From assembly GCA_963804645.1 (NCBI GenBank), contig CAWDRG010000015.1:305822-369821 (forward strand): 64,000 nucleotides of DNA, read 5' to 3'. Within the stretch, counting starts at the first letter, position 1. Every line of letters begins with the position of its first letter. The translations under genes were made by a program, and so were the position numbers. The stretch comes from an uncultured Bacillota bacterium (GTDB lineage Bacteria; Sysuimicrobiota; Sysuimicrobiia; Sysuimicrobiales; Segetimicrobiaceae). Below are positions 9,355-18,053 of the stretch, piece by piece. The notes under the pieces are model-generated. The model saw only the letters and a list, made by a program, of their open reading frames with translations, was not told where the DNA came from and did not search any database.

Positions 9355-10161
9355 TCACGTGTCAACCCCCAAGATCTTTCTGGTCGTCTCTGCAGAGGCG
9401 ATGTTCCGCCCTGCCGCTTCAGCTGCCCGTACCACTTCCTCTACCAATTCGGCATTTGATCTCGCGCGGGTGCCGTCGCTTAGGAATGGTCCATCTTCGT
9501 ATCCAACCCGAGAATGTCCGCCGAGTTCGAACGCAAGGCTGAGGTCTTTGATTCCTCGGGTGTGATAACGGGTCAAGAACCAGACACTATTCTGCGGAAT
9601 CTCCCTCAGATACAATTCCACGTACTCTTGCTTGAAAGGCAACGCATTGGGGACATCGAACACAAAATTAAACAGGTAGGGGGGGGCGATGAGGTGCGCA
9701 TCGGCCAGTAATCCGACGGTTCTCAAGTGGGAGAGATCAAAAACGGTCAGCGTGGGCTTCAGGGTTCGCCGCTTCAGTGCGTTCGCGTAGAAGAATATCT
9801 CGTCGCGCGGGTTTTTAAACACACCGTCGTACATGTTGACTGAGCCTAAATTGAGGGTACCAAGTTCCACGTGTGGGACCAGGAACCCAACACATCGCTC
9901 CCGCAAGCTATGCTCGGGGGCACCTCCCGTGGAGACCTCAATCATGACCCGACAGGTGGCCTTGATCTCCTCGACTTGGACGCGAAATAATCCGTCGTCA
10001 ACGGTTTGTAGTCCGTGAGCATCGCGAACGTGCAGGTGCACTATGGAAGCCCCGCTGTTATACGCCCCTCTGACTTCTTCTACGGTATCGCTGGCTGCGG
10101 GCAGTTTTTCGACTTGTTTCTCGCCCGGGTAGGGCGCCACACAGATGATGAGATCATTCAT
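9355..10161 (-). CDS. Beta-keto acid cleavage enzyme family protein (BKACE/DUF849; 3-keto-5-aminohexanoate cleavage enzyme-like)
   Basis: The start was moved to MNDLIICVAPYPGEK (ATG at 10161) with AAAGGAGAG upstream. BKACE pattern GASIVHLHVRD, EVSTGG, GGHSRVGYEDGPF. Confidence 0.85.
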   Translation of the reverse strand: MNDLIICVAPYPGEKQVEKLPAASDTVEEVRGAYNSGASIVHLHVRDAHGLQTVDDGLFRVQVEEIKATCRVMIEVSTGGAPEHSLRERCVGFLVPHVELGTLNLGSVNMYDGVFKNPRDEIFFYANALKRRTLKPTLTVFDLSHLRTVGLLADAHLIAPPYLFNFVFDVPNALPFKQEYVELYLREIPQNSVWFLTRYHTRGIKDLSLAFELGGHSRVGYEDGPFLSDGTRARSNAELVEEVVRAAEAAGRNIASAETTRKILGVDT

Positions 10162-10479
10162 GCGAGTGTCTCTCCTTTGAAGAAATGCCGACAGTGGGTC
10201 CCGCCCCATATTTGCCGGACACCCCGCGTGGTTCCTCCGCGCGGATTCCGGTGCGACGCCAGCCGGGACGATGCGATCCGTGGCGAGGTCCCCAGTCATG
10301 GGGGTCGCAGTGCACTTGCCCAGTGACGCGGCGTCCTGCTGTGCTATCGGCTATTCGGACGGCGGAAACGGTCGCTCAATCCTAACGCGCTCATGTGGGA
10401 CTTGGAAGGGCGTCGGCGAAGAGGCTGTCGCGCGACGAAACGATCGGCCCGACGGCGTCAGAACGGGAGGGAGGTTGAC

Positions 10480-11427
10480 GTGAGGTCCCCGATGGTCACC
10501 CGGGAAGAGTTCAATCGAATATTCGAGTCGGTGAAAAATTGGGGGAAGTGGGGATGGGACGATTCACTCGGGACACTAAACTATATCTCCGCGAAGAGAA
10601 TTTGCGAGGCGGCGGCTCTGGTGCGGACCGGTCGGCGCGTCTCGATGCAGATCCCGATCAACACGGTCGCGGGCCCGGACAATCGCAATCCGGCGCTTCA
10701 CTTTGTCATGCGAGCTTACGACATCAACGTAGGCTCGAGCGGGGTCAGATTTGCGCTCGATTTTCTCGGCATGGCCTGTCACGGTGACTGTCACACCCAC
10801 GTCGACGCGCTGTGCCACGTGTCCTGCGATGGGCTGACGTACAACGGCAAACCGGCCGAACAGGTCGTGACCTCAATGGGCGCGACTACCCAGGACATCA
10901 CGGCCTATGCGAGCGGCATCGTTGGCCGCGGCGTTCTGCTGGACGTACCGCGCCTGCGTGGGGCCAAGTGGCTTGAGCCTGGCGAGGCGGTGACCGCGAA
11001 CGAATTGGAGGCGTGCGAGAAGGTGGAGGGCGTTCGGTTAGGCGAGGGTGATATCCTTGTGTTTCGCACCGGCCACCACCGCCGCCGCGTAGCGCTCGGA
11101 TCCTGGAACAACGCCGCGCCCCCTGCCGGGATCGGAAAGGCCGGCTTGCATGTGGATGTGATCCCTTGGCTGCACGAGCGAAGGGTCGCCGCCTTTCTGC
11201 CAGACGGTGACGGCGAGACGGTGCCGAGTACTGTCGAGGGCATGAGCCACCCAATCCATCCGCTGATGGTCGTGGCGATGGGGATGTTGGCTTCCGACAG
11301 TCTTCAACTCGAAGACTTAGCCCATGCCTGCGAAGAGGAGGCCCGCTACGAGTTCATGGTGGCCGGTCTGCCGCTGCAGCTGCCGGGCGGGACCGGTTCG
11401 CCCTGGAACCCGATCGCCATCTTCTGA
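10480..11427 (+). CDS. Cyclase-family protein (kynurenine formamidase-like metal hydrolase fold)
   Basis: The HxGTHxDxxxH-like motif is present as CHGDCHTHVDALCH. The GTG at 10480 lies 5 nt after GGGAGGGAGG; the ATG at 10492 is an alternative start. Confidence 0.8.
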   Translation: MRSPMVTREEFNRIFESVKNWGKWGWDDSLGTLNYISAKRICEAAALVRTGRRVSMQIPINTVAGPDNRNPALHFVMRAYDINVGSSGVRFALDFLGMACHGDCHTHVDALCHVSCDGLTYNGKPAEQVVTSMGATTQDITAYASGIVGRGVLLDVPRLRGAKWLEPGEAVTANELEACEKVEGVRLGEGDILVFRTGHHRRRVALGSWNNAAPPAGIGKAGLHVDVIPWLHERRVAAFLPDGDGETVPSTVEGMSHPIHPLMVVAMGMLASDSLQLEDLAHACEEEARYEFMVAGLPLQLPGGTGSPWNPIAIF

Positions 11428-11964
11428 ACCATGCGCAGTTTCGCCGCACGGCCGATGATGTTCGGTGTCGACAACTGTGGCGTGTGGCCGCACGAGATCT
11501 GATCTGATAGCACTCACGATCCCCTCGGTCACAGAGGCGGTCTCGGTACCGAGCGCTTCGATACGAGGAAACCCGATGACGACGATCGTCTGACCTTCTC
11601 GGACTTGGGTGATATCCCCGAGCGGCAACGGCGGAATAGGGAGGGTCGGAATGCTCAATACGGCCACATCGGTGTCTTGGTCACCGCGGACGAGCCGTGC
11701 CGGCACCGGTGGGAAGTTGGGGAACTCGAGGACGATCTCGGTTGCCCCTCGCACGACATGATCGGCCGTGAGGACGAGTTGGTCGGCCACCAAGAACCCC
11801 GTACCCGAGGAGATCCCGTCGGGGCCTTTGGCGAGGATCACGGCTACACTCGGCTTGGCACTCGTCGCAACGGTCTCCACGTCTTGTGAATGCGCAGCAG
11901 GGATGTAGAGACTGCCCAATGCGACCGACGAGACGACCAAGCACGCAACGAGCACGACCCTCAT
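11317..11964 (-). pseudogene. Trypsin-like (S1C/HtrA-like) serine protease, apparently truncated before the catalytic Ser
   Basis: It has a signal peptide, the catalytic His context (LTADHVV) and the Asp context (DTDVAVL). After GIVSAIRS there is no GxSGGP segment in any frame, and the ORF tail runs antisense into the cyclase 3' end with a 111-nt overlap. Confidence 0.5.
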
Positions 11965-12024
11965 CGTGCAGCCTCCGCGCGGTGACGTCTTTGGATCGTT
12001 GGCACTTGTGCGCCCTAACGCCTA

Positions 12025-12185
12025 CGAACGCCGCCGGGGTGGGAAACTGCACCTCGCGACGAATGGTCTCGCGGATGGTCTCTGGTTCCACGCGCGCATA
12101 AATGCGGGTGGTGGCCGGGTTCTTATGACGCAGGTAGTCCTGGATGATCCGCATCAAACGGCTGACGTGGCGGTACGCCGGGCGG
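12025..12185 (-). mobile_element. Tyrosine recombinase (phage-integrase family) C-terminal remnant
   Basis: The minus-strand translation IIQDYLRHKNPATTRIYARV matches the LGHxxxxTTxxYxHV tail carrying the catalytic Tyr. The upstream HxxR box is compressed and no N-terminal domain is present. GC3 is high in this frame. Confidence 0.4.
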
Positions 12186-12746
12186 ATCCAGATCGAGGCG
12201 TTTTTCACATACAAGCCCGAGGCCGTGGCCTTGGAGCTGCTCGACACCGACGTCAGGGCGTTTGGGTTCGGCATCGACCTCCAAATGAGCGATCAGGCGG
12301 CCGGTCGAGCGGAGCGCGTCATGCCGCACCTCCGATACCTCAACGCCCTGGAGGGCCGTCGGCAGGAGAAATGGCAGTTCAAGCGCGCCGTCGAGCCCCT
12401 GCGCGACATCGGGGGCAGCGGCAAGACGCGGTCTCACTTTCATCTCGCGCCGACCGGGTGGGAAGACGTGCCCGGCGGCGCCCAGCGCCTGTGCTACAAT
12501 GAGATCGCGACCAAGCACAACTGGTACTACGTCCAGATCGGGTTCGATCTCGCGACGATGTCGTTCACGAGCTTCCGGTGCAACGATCGGATGTTCGATG
12601 CCACGGGAATCGCCCCGATGCGGTTTCCCGCGATGCCGAACCTGTGGTGCATGCTCAATCCCTTCCTGTTTGTCGAGGCGGACTCCGGAACACGGGCGTT
12701 TCTGTACATCGACTCCGTGCTCATTTCCGCGGAGCTGGACGCGTGA
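12144..12746 (+). CDS. Hypothetical protein (200 aa, no recognisable family)
   Basis: Third-position G/C bias is strong across 12180-12746 in this frame. The composition is protein-like (HNWYYVQIGFDLATMSFTSFRCNDRMFDATG...FLYIDSVLISAE). The start is uncertain. Confidence 0.6.
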   Translation: MIRIKRLTWRYAGRIQIEAFFTYKPEAVALELLDTDVRAFGFGIDLQMSDQAAGRAERVMPHLRYLNALEGRRQEKWQFKRAVEPLRDIGGSGKTRSHFHLAPTGWEDVPGGAQRLCYNEIATKHNWYYVQIGFDLATMSFTSFRCNDRMFDATGIAPMRFPAMPNLWCMLNPFLFVEADSGTRAFLYIDSVLISAELDA

Positions 12747-12988
12747 TCCGCCTCGGCAGTGCCGAAGGAGTAGGCAGCCCGCCCGTGGGTACTTGCGGAC
12801 GGCATGTTGTCTCGCGTCAGTTCGGATAGTCCTTTGGTACTATATCGGCCACGTTTCGTGTCGAAAGTCCCATTGCGGCGCCGGACGTCGGTCCCTAATC
12901 TATGTGACAGGTATGCCCGGTGAGGGCAGCGGAATCGACGAACTGGGCGCGGAAGCGGACGTCGATGGTCCGTGGACCATTGTGAGGG

Positions 12989-13468
12989 GTGGCGCGATTG
13001 CGGAGAAGCCTCGGCTGGGTGGGTCGGATTGCCGGCGGTCAGGAGCGCGGATTCACGATGATCGAACTCGTCGTGGCCACGCTCGTCTTGGCGCTGCTGG
13101 TCGCCCTCGCGCTTCCATCGTATCTCGCCGCGCGCAACAAGGCCGCGATCGATGAGGCGAACCACATGGCGCTTGAGTGGGAATCGCTGGCGTGGGGCTG
13201 CTATCTCCAGAGCCAGAATGCGAACGCGTGCAGCTCGAACACCGCGATCGGGTTCAGCGAGCAAAACGGCCAGTATTGGAACTGGATATCGCCCACGTAT
13301 TGGGTGGGGTCCGTGACCAGCGGCAGCGACCAGGCGTTGGCCGTGTCGTGGTTGGCGACGGGCGCCCGCGGGCTCGAGCTCGGAGAGACGTATACGGTCA
13401 CCCTCTTCGTCAGCAGCTCGACCAATCAGGGACAATCCAGCGCGACCTGTATTCCGCAGGGCTGCTGA
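12989..13468 (+). CDS. Type IV pilin / pseudopilin-like protein with prepilin N-terminal cleavage-methylation motif
   Basis: QERG|FTMIELVVATLVLALLVALALPSYL gives the G/F cleavage site, Glu at +5 and a hydrophobic helix. The C-terminal half has two Cys pairs (WGCYLQSQNANAC and ATCIPQGC). Confidence 0.8.
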   Translation: MARLRRSLGWVGRIAGGQERGFTMIELVVATLVLALLVALALPSYLAARNKAAIDEANHMALEWESLAWGCYLQSQNANACSSNTAIGFSEQNGQYWNWISPTYWVGSVTSGSDQALAVSWLATGARGLELGETYTVTLFVSSSTNQGQSSATCIPQGC

Positions 13469-13475
13469 CCGGGGT

Positions 13476-13497
13476 CGCGCGCGCATCAGCGCGCGCG
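13476..13497. terminator. Perfect 9-bp alternating CG hairpin at a convergent gene junction
   Basis: CGCGCGCGC-atca-GCGCGCGCG, with the loop containing the stop codon of the minus-strand gene. It lies between the pilin stop (13468) and the PPOX-family stop (13486) and has no U-tract. Confidence 0.35.
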
Positions 13498-13932
13498 GGC
13501 GCCGGCAGACGCGGCGACCCAGGACACCGTCCGCCGCGGCACGATCCTTAGTACCGGACGGTCCTCGAGCCGCATCCTCCCGTACTGACGATATTTCCGC
13601 CGGAGCAGCCGCGTGGCGCGAAGATGCTCCGGGGTGCCGGCCGGGATCACCGCCGCGTCGCCCACCACCAGCACGTACCAGAGCCGCCGCCAGTCTTCGC
13701 GGTAGGCGTCCACGACCAGCGCCACCGCCGGGTTCACCTCGATGTTGCGCACGCGGCGAAGACGGCCGGGCGCGACGCGTTTCGGCTTCTCGTCGATCGC
13801 CGAGTAGATCGCGACGCCGTCGAACGCGAAGCAGATCGGGACGACGTGTGGACGCCCGCGCAGGTCTGCGGTAGCCAAGCGGCCGACGCGGGCGGTGCGC
13901 AGGACGGTCTCGCGCGAAAGGCGGCGCGGCAT
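13486..13932 (-). CDS. Pyridoxamine 5'-phosphate oxidase-family protein (PPOX-class, probable F420/FMN-binding split barrel)
   Basis: The start was moved to MPRRLSRETV (ATG at 13932). Family pattern RVGRLATADLRGRPHVVPICFAFDG, NPAVALVVD, WRRLWYVLVVGDA. Confidence 0.8.
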   Translation of the reverse strand: MPRRLSRETVLRTARVGRLATADLRGRPHVVPICFAFDGVAIYSAIDEKPKRVAPGRLRRVRNIEVNPAVALVVDAYREDWRRLWYVLVVGDAAVIPAGTPEHLRATRLLRRKYRQYGRMRLEDRPVLRIVPRRTVSWVAASAGARAR

Positions 13933-14497
13933 TGGCTGCGCTCCTCTGTCCGTTCCGTGTGCCTGCCGGGGAGGCGGTGTGCGCCGCATCGGCGTCTTGG
14001 CCGCCGAGGAGACGTCCGGTGTCGGGATGGGCTCCGACCGCGGTGCGCGGCGCCGGCAGGTCGGTTATCCACATGCTGTTAGCCACATTGTCCAGATTTC
14101 CTCCGAACTGAGTTTCCGGATTGTCGGGTACATCGGGGTGTGATAGAACTGTTACCGGAGGCGCAAATCCTCCGGCAAAGGTAGCCGACTCAAACGCTCG
14201 CGCACGTGGACGCCGAAAGCTGGTCAAGTGTACTTCGGGGGTAACTCCGGAGAACGGCTGACGGGCAGTAGGCACCGGCGGCGAGGGCCGAAGACGGTGA
14301 AACGCCGGTGGGTGAGCGCCTCCCGTTTTGTGTTCATGTGACTGTGGCAGACATCATCACGCGTTCACGCGCCTGCGTTCCTGTACGGTGCGCCTGCGAC
14401 GCGCGGCCGAGGCGGCGCCGTGCCGCCGCCCGCGCCCCGGAGGAGTTCGCACCGACGGCGCGAAAGCGGCTCTAACGCATCGAGGCGGGGTGATCCT

Positions 14498-16054
14498 ATG
14501 CACCGTGCACCGGGATGGCTGATCGTGCTGGGGTTGGCCGGGGCGCTTGCGGTGGCGCCCGTCGGGGTTGGATTGGCGCAGACCGCGTCCGGAACCGGGA
14601 CCGTGCGCGTCGGGCTCGACGTGGACGCGGGCACCGGGGATCCACGCCTCGCGCGCGACACGTCGGCGTTTCGTCTTGAAGAGATGGTCTACGACGGGTT
14701 GGTGTACCTGAACAATCGCGTTGCGCCGCAACCCGCGCTCGCCGCGTCCTGGGACAACCCGACGCCGACGACGTGGGTGTTCCACCTCCGGAAAGGGGTG
14801 GTGTTTCAGGACGGGCAGCCGCTGACGGCGGACGACGTCGTCTATACGTTCCAGAGCATCCTCGATCCGAAGAGTCAGGCGCCGTACCGGGCGCTGTACA
14901 GCCCGATCACCTCCGTCGAGAAAGTGGACGCCGACACCGTGCGGATGACGACCAGCGCGCCGGATGCGCCGCTGCTGTCCTATCTGGATATCGGGATCGT
15001 GCCGAAGCACATCGCGGAGCGGAACGACGGGTCGCTCTCGCAGCACCCCGTCGGCACCGGCCCGTTCCAGTTCGTGTCGTGGGACCGGGGCTCCAAGATC
15101 GTCCTCGCGGCGAACCCGCGGTACTGGGGCGGCGCTCCGAAGGTGTCCGGCGTGGTGCTGAACATCGTCCCCGACAACACGGCGCGCGCGGCGGCGGTGG
15201 AAGCCGGGGATCTCGATCTGATTCACTCGCCGCTGTCGCCGCAGGACCTGCCGCGCCTCCGCCAGTCCAAGACGCTTGAGCTCACGAAGATGACCGGACT
15301 GGGCATCACGTACCTCAACATCAACGAATCGACGTGGCCGCTGAGCGACGTCAAGGTCAGACAGGCGCTGGCGTATCTCACGGACCGCCATGCGATTTCG
15401 GTCGATATCTATCAGGGCATGGACCAGGCGGCGAACTCGATTCTCCTGCCGGGGTCCTGGGCGTATTCGTCGAGCGTGCGCCAGCCCCCGTACGATCCCG
15501 CGAAGGCGCGGCAGTTGCTCTCGGAGGACGGCTTCGCGATGCAGGGCGGGGTGTGGACGAAGGACGGCCGGCCGCTGTCGATCTGGCTCCGCACGCACAG
15601 CGAGGATCCGAACCGCGTGCAGACCGTGGAGTTCCTCCAGAACGTGTGGCAGAAGAACGGCATCCAGGTGAAAGTGTCCACCGACGAGTGGCCCACCTTT
15701 TCGGCCGACGTGTACGCGTCGAAGCACCAGGTCGCGCTGCTCGGATGGCTGTCGATCGTCGACCCGGACCGGCTGATGTACAATCAGTTCCTGACGAGCG
15801 GCGCGCAGAACTGGGAACACTATTCCAACCCGACCGTCGATGCGCTGCTGCAGCGCGGCCGCTTTACGCTTTCCCAGCCGGCGCGCGCCAAGATCTACCA
15901 GCAGGCGGCGCAGATCATCGCGGACGAGCAGCCGTACGACGTGCTGCTGTACCAGGGATACGTGGTGGTGCACACCGTGCAGCTGCGCGGGTTTGTGCCG
16001 AACCCGAGCGGCAGCCTCAAATCGCTCGACGCCGCGACGCTGAGCACGCGGTAG
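14498..16054 (+). CDS. ABC transporter substrate-binding protein, family 5 (peptide/nickel/opine type)
   Basis: The start was moved to MHRAPGWLIVLGLAGALAVAP (signal peptide). SBP_bac_5 pattern TWVFHLRKGVVFQDGQPLTADDVVYTF, NPRYWGGAPK. Confidence 0.9.
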   Translation: MHRAPGWLIVLGLAGALAVAPVGVGLAQTASGTGTVRVGLDVDAGTGDPRLARDTSAFRLEEMVYDGLVYLNNRVAPQPALAASWDNPTPTTWVFHLRKGVVFQDGQPLTADDVVYTFQSILDPKSQAPYRALYSPITSVEKVDADTVRMTTSAPDAPLLSYLDIGIVPKHIAERNDGSLSQHPVGTGPFQFVSWDRGSKIVLAANPRYWGGAPKVSGVVLNIVPDNTARAAAVEAGDLDLIHSPLSPQDLPRLRQSKTLELTKMTGLGITYLNINESTWPLSDVKVRQALAYLTDRHAISVDIYQGMDQAANSILLPGSWAYSSSVRQPPYDPAKARQLLSEDGFAMQGGVWTKDGRPLSIWLRTHSEDPNRVQTVEFLQNVWQKNGIQVKVSTDEWPTFSADVYASKHQVALLGWLSIVDPDRLMYNQFLTSGAQNWEHYSNPTVDALLQRGRFTLSQPARAKIYQQAAQIIADEQPYDVLLYQGYVVVHTVQLRGFVPNPSGSLKSLDAATLSTR

Positions 16055-16157
16055 CACCGGCGCGGGCAGCTCCGGCCGCCTCGGATCTGCGCGGCGCGCG
16101 GCCTGACCGGCGCCGCCGCGACCGCGGGGACGGGCGCCGCCGTCCTGGGATCGTGGC

Positions 16158-17141
16158 ATGCTGCGCTACCTGATCCGCCGTCTGCTGCAGATGATCGTCG
16201 TGCTGCTGGGGATTGCGTTGCTGGTCTTCAGCCTGCTGCACCTCGTACCCGGGGATCCCGCCGCCGTGCTGCTCGGCCAGCAGGCGACGGCGCAGGACAT
16301 CGCGCGCCTCCGGCTGGCGCTGGGGTTGGACCGGCCGCTCTGGTACCAGTTTGTCGAGTACACCGGCCGGGCTCTGCGCGGCGACCTCGGGGCGTCGATC
16401 TCCCTCGGCGGGGAGCGTGTGACCGCGCTCGTCGCGGCGCGCCTGCCGGCGACGCTCGAGCTCGCGGTCGCGGCGATGGCGCTCGCGGTCGCCGTCGGCG
16501 TGCCCGTGGGGGTGCTGTGTGCGGTGCGGCAGTACTCCGTCGTGGACCTCGTGAGCATGTCGGTGACGCAGGTCGGTGTGTCGATGCCGGTGTTCTGGCT
16601 CGGGATCCTGTTCATTCTGCTCTTTTCGCTTGAGCTGCGCTGGTTTCCGACGTTCGGGCGCGGCGATCCGATCACCACCGCGGTCGCGGCGCTGCTCCGC
16701 GGCGATCCGGGACCGTTTGTCGACAGCGTGCGGCACCTCGCGTTGCCCGCGCTGACCCTGGCCTGCACGGCGGTGGTGCTGATCGCGCGGATGGTCCGTT
16801 CGACGATGCTCGAGGTGCTGGGGCAGGACTACATTCGGACGGCCCGGTCGAAGGGCTTGGCCGGCCGCACGGTCACCTACCGGCACGCGCTGCGAAATGC
16901 GCTCCTGCCGGTCATCACGATCATGGGACTGCAGGCGGGGGCGCTGCTCGGCGGCGCGGTGGTGACCGAAACCATCTTTGGATGGCCGGGGCTGGGGCAG
17001 CTGCTGATCAACGCCATCGGGCAGCGTGACTTTCCGGTGATTCAAGGTGCCACGATGGTGATCGCGCTGCTGTTCTCCGCGATCAATTTGACGGTGGACG
17101 TGACGTACGCATGGCTCGACCCCCGGATTCGCTACGAATGA
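16158..17141 (+). CDS. ABC transporter permease (DppB/OppB type)
   Basis: MLRYLIRRLLQMIVVLLGI N-terminus and the EAA-loop region YIRTARSKGL, typical of BPD_transp_1 permeases. Confidence 0.9.
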   Translation: MLRYLIRRLLQMIVVLLGIALLVFSLLHLVPGDPAAVLLGQQATAQDIARLRLALGLDRPLWYQFVEYTGRALRGDLGASISLGGERVTALVAARLPATLELAVAAMALAVAVGVPVGVLCAVRQYSVVDLVSMSVTQVGVSMPVFWLGILFILLFSLELRWFPTFGRGDPITTAVAALLRGDPGPFVDSVRHLALPALTLACTAVVLIARMVRSTMLEVLGQDYIRTARSKGLAGRTVTYRHALRNALLPVITIMGLQAGALLGGAVVTETIFGWPGLGQLLINAIGQRDFPVIQGATMVIALLFSAINLTVDVTYAWLDPRIRYE

Positions 17142-18007
17142 TGGAGGCCGCGCAGATCCGCGTGCCAGGGCGCTGGCTGGCCGCGCGCACGCGCATCGGG
17201 CGCAGCCGCGCGGCGCTGCTGGGCGGCGGCCTCGTGCTGCTGATCGTGGCGGTGGCCGCGGCGGCGCCCTGGCTGACGCCGTACGATCCGTTTCAGATGG
17301 CGATGGGGCATCGGCTGGAGCCTCCGAGCTGGTCGCATCCGCTCGGCACGGACATGTTCGGGCGCGACCTGTGGGCGCGCATGGCGCTCGGGGCGCGCTT
17401 CTCGCTCCTCGTCGCATCCCTCGGGGTGGCGATCGCGTCGGCGCTCGGCGTCTCGCTCGGGCTGCTCGCCGGCTACTATGGGGGCTGGATCGACGCCGTC
17501 ATCAGCCGGATCGTCGACGTGTTTCTTGCCTTTCCGGTCATCTTGCTCGCGCTCGTGCTGATCGCCGCGCTGGGCCCCAGCCCCGTCAACGTGATGATCG
17601 CGATCGGGCTCGTCTACTGGACGACGTACGCGCGGGTCGTGCGCGTCTCGGTCATGGCGGTCCGCCACGAGGAGTACGTCCTGGCGGCGCGCGCGATCGG
17701 GATCCCGGACTTCAGGATCCTGGTCCGGCATCTCCTCCCGAACGTCTCGGCCCCCATCATCGTGATCGGCACACTCGGGATGGGCAGCGCGATCGTGATC
17801 GAGTCGACCCTGAGTTTTCTCGGGGTCGGCGTCCAGCCCCCGGCTCCGTCCTGGGGTTGGACGCTGGCCCTCGGCCTGCGGTACATGCGCCAGGCGCCCC
17901 ACCTGGCCGTCGTACCCGGCGTCGCCATCATGCTGACGGTGTTCGCGTTCAACCTGCTGGGCGACGGGGTTCGGGATCTGGCCGACCCCAGATCGCGCTC
18001 CCGCTGA
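17138..18007 (+). CDS. ABC transporter permease (DppC/OppC type)
   Basis: ATGA overlap with the upstream permease. Pattern HPLGTDMFGRDLWARM and EYVLAARAIG. Confidence 0.9.
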   Translation: MMEAAQIRVPGRWLAARTRIGRSRAALLGGGLVLLIVAVAAAAPWLTPYDPFQMAMGHRLEPPSWSHPLGTDMFGRDLWARMALGARFSLLVASLGVAIASALGVSLGLLAGYYGGWIDAVISRIVDVFLAFPVILLALVLIAALGPSPVNVMIAIGLVYWTTYARVVRVSVMAVRHEEYVLAARAIGIPDFRILVRHLLPNVSAPIIVIGTLGMGSAIVIESTLSFLGVGVQPPAPSWGWTLALGLRYMRQAPHLAVVPGVAIMLTVFAFNLLGDGVRDLADPRSRSR

Positions 18008-18053
18008 CCGCGGGTCGGGCGGCGCACGCGCGCCGTCCCAACGAAGGAGGCTG

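Noticed and set aside
12123-12518. A minus-strand ORF that at first glance resembled the core of a tyrosine integrase (…LQGVEVSEVRH…).
   Set aside because: Codon-by-codon inspection shows strong third-position G/C bias in the + frame (12144..12746) across the same bases. Only the short tail at about 12025-12185 is kept as an integrase remnant.
14221-14330. An SRP-RNA-like or riboswitch-like string (tccggagaacggctgacgggcag) in the long spacer.
   Set aside because: It does not match the conserved SRP domain IV sequence or any riboswitch core I can recall. It is kept only as an unexplained structured spacer in the findings.
14357-16159. A 600-aa minus-strand ORF, with similar giants at 12527..14275, 16017..17417, 37128..39263, 40422..42965, 43464..46178 and 46235..47926.
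   Set aside because: Each lies antisense to a gene with clear family motifs. Their translations are Arg/Pro/Gly/His-rich with no motifs. Long stop-free antisense frames are expected at about 70% GC.
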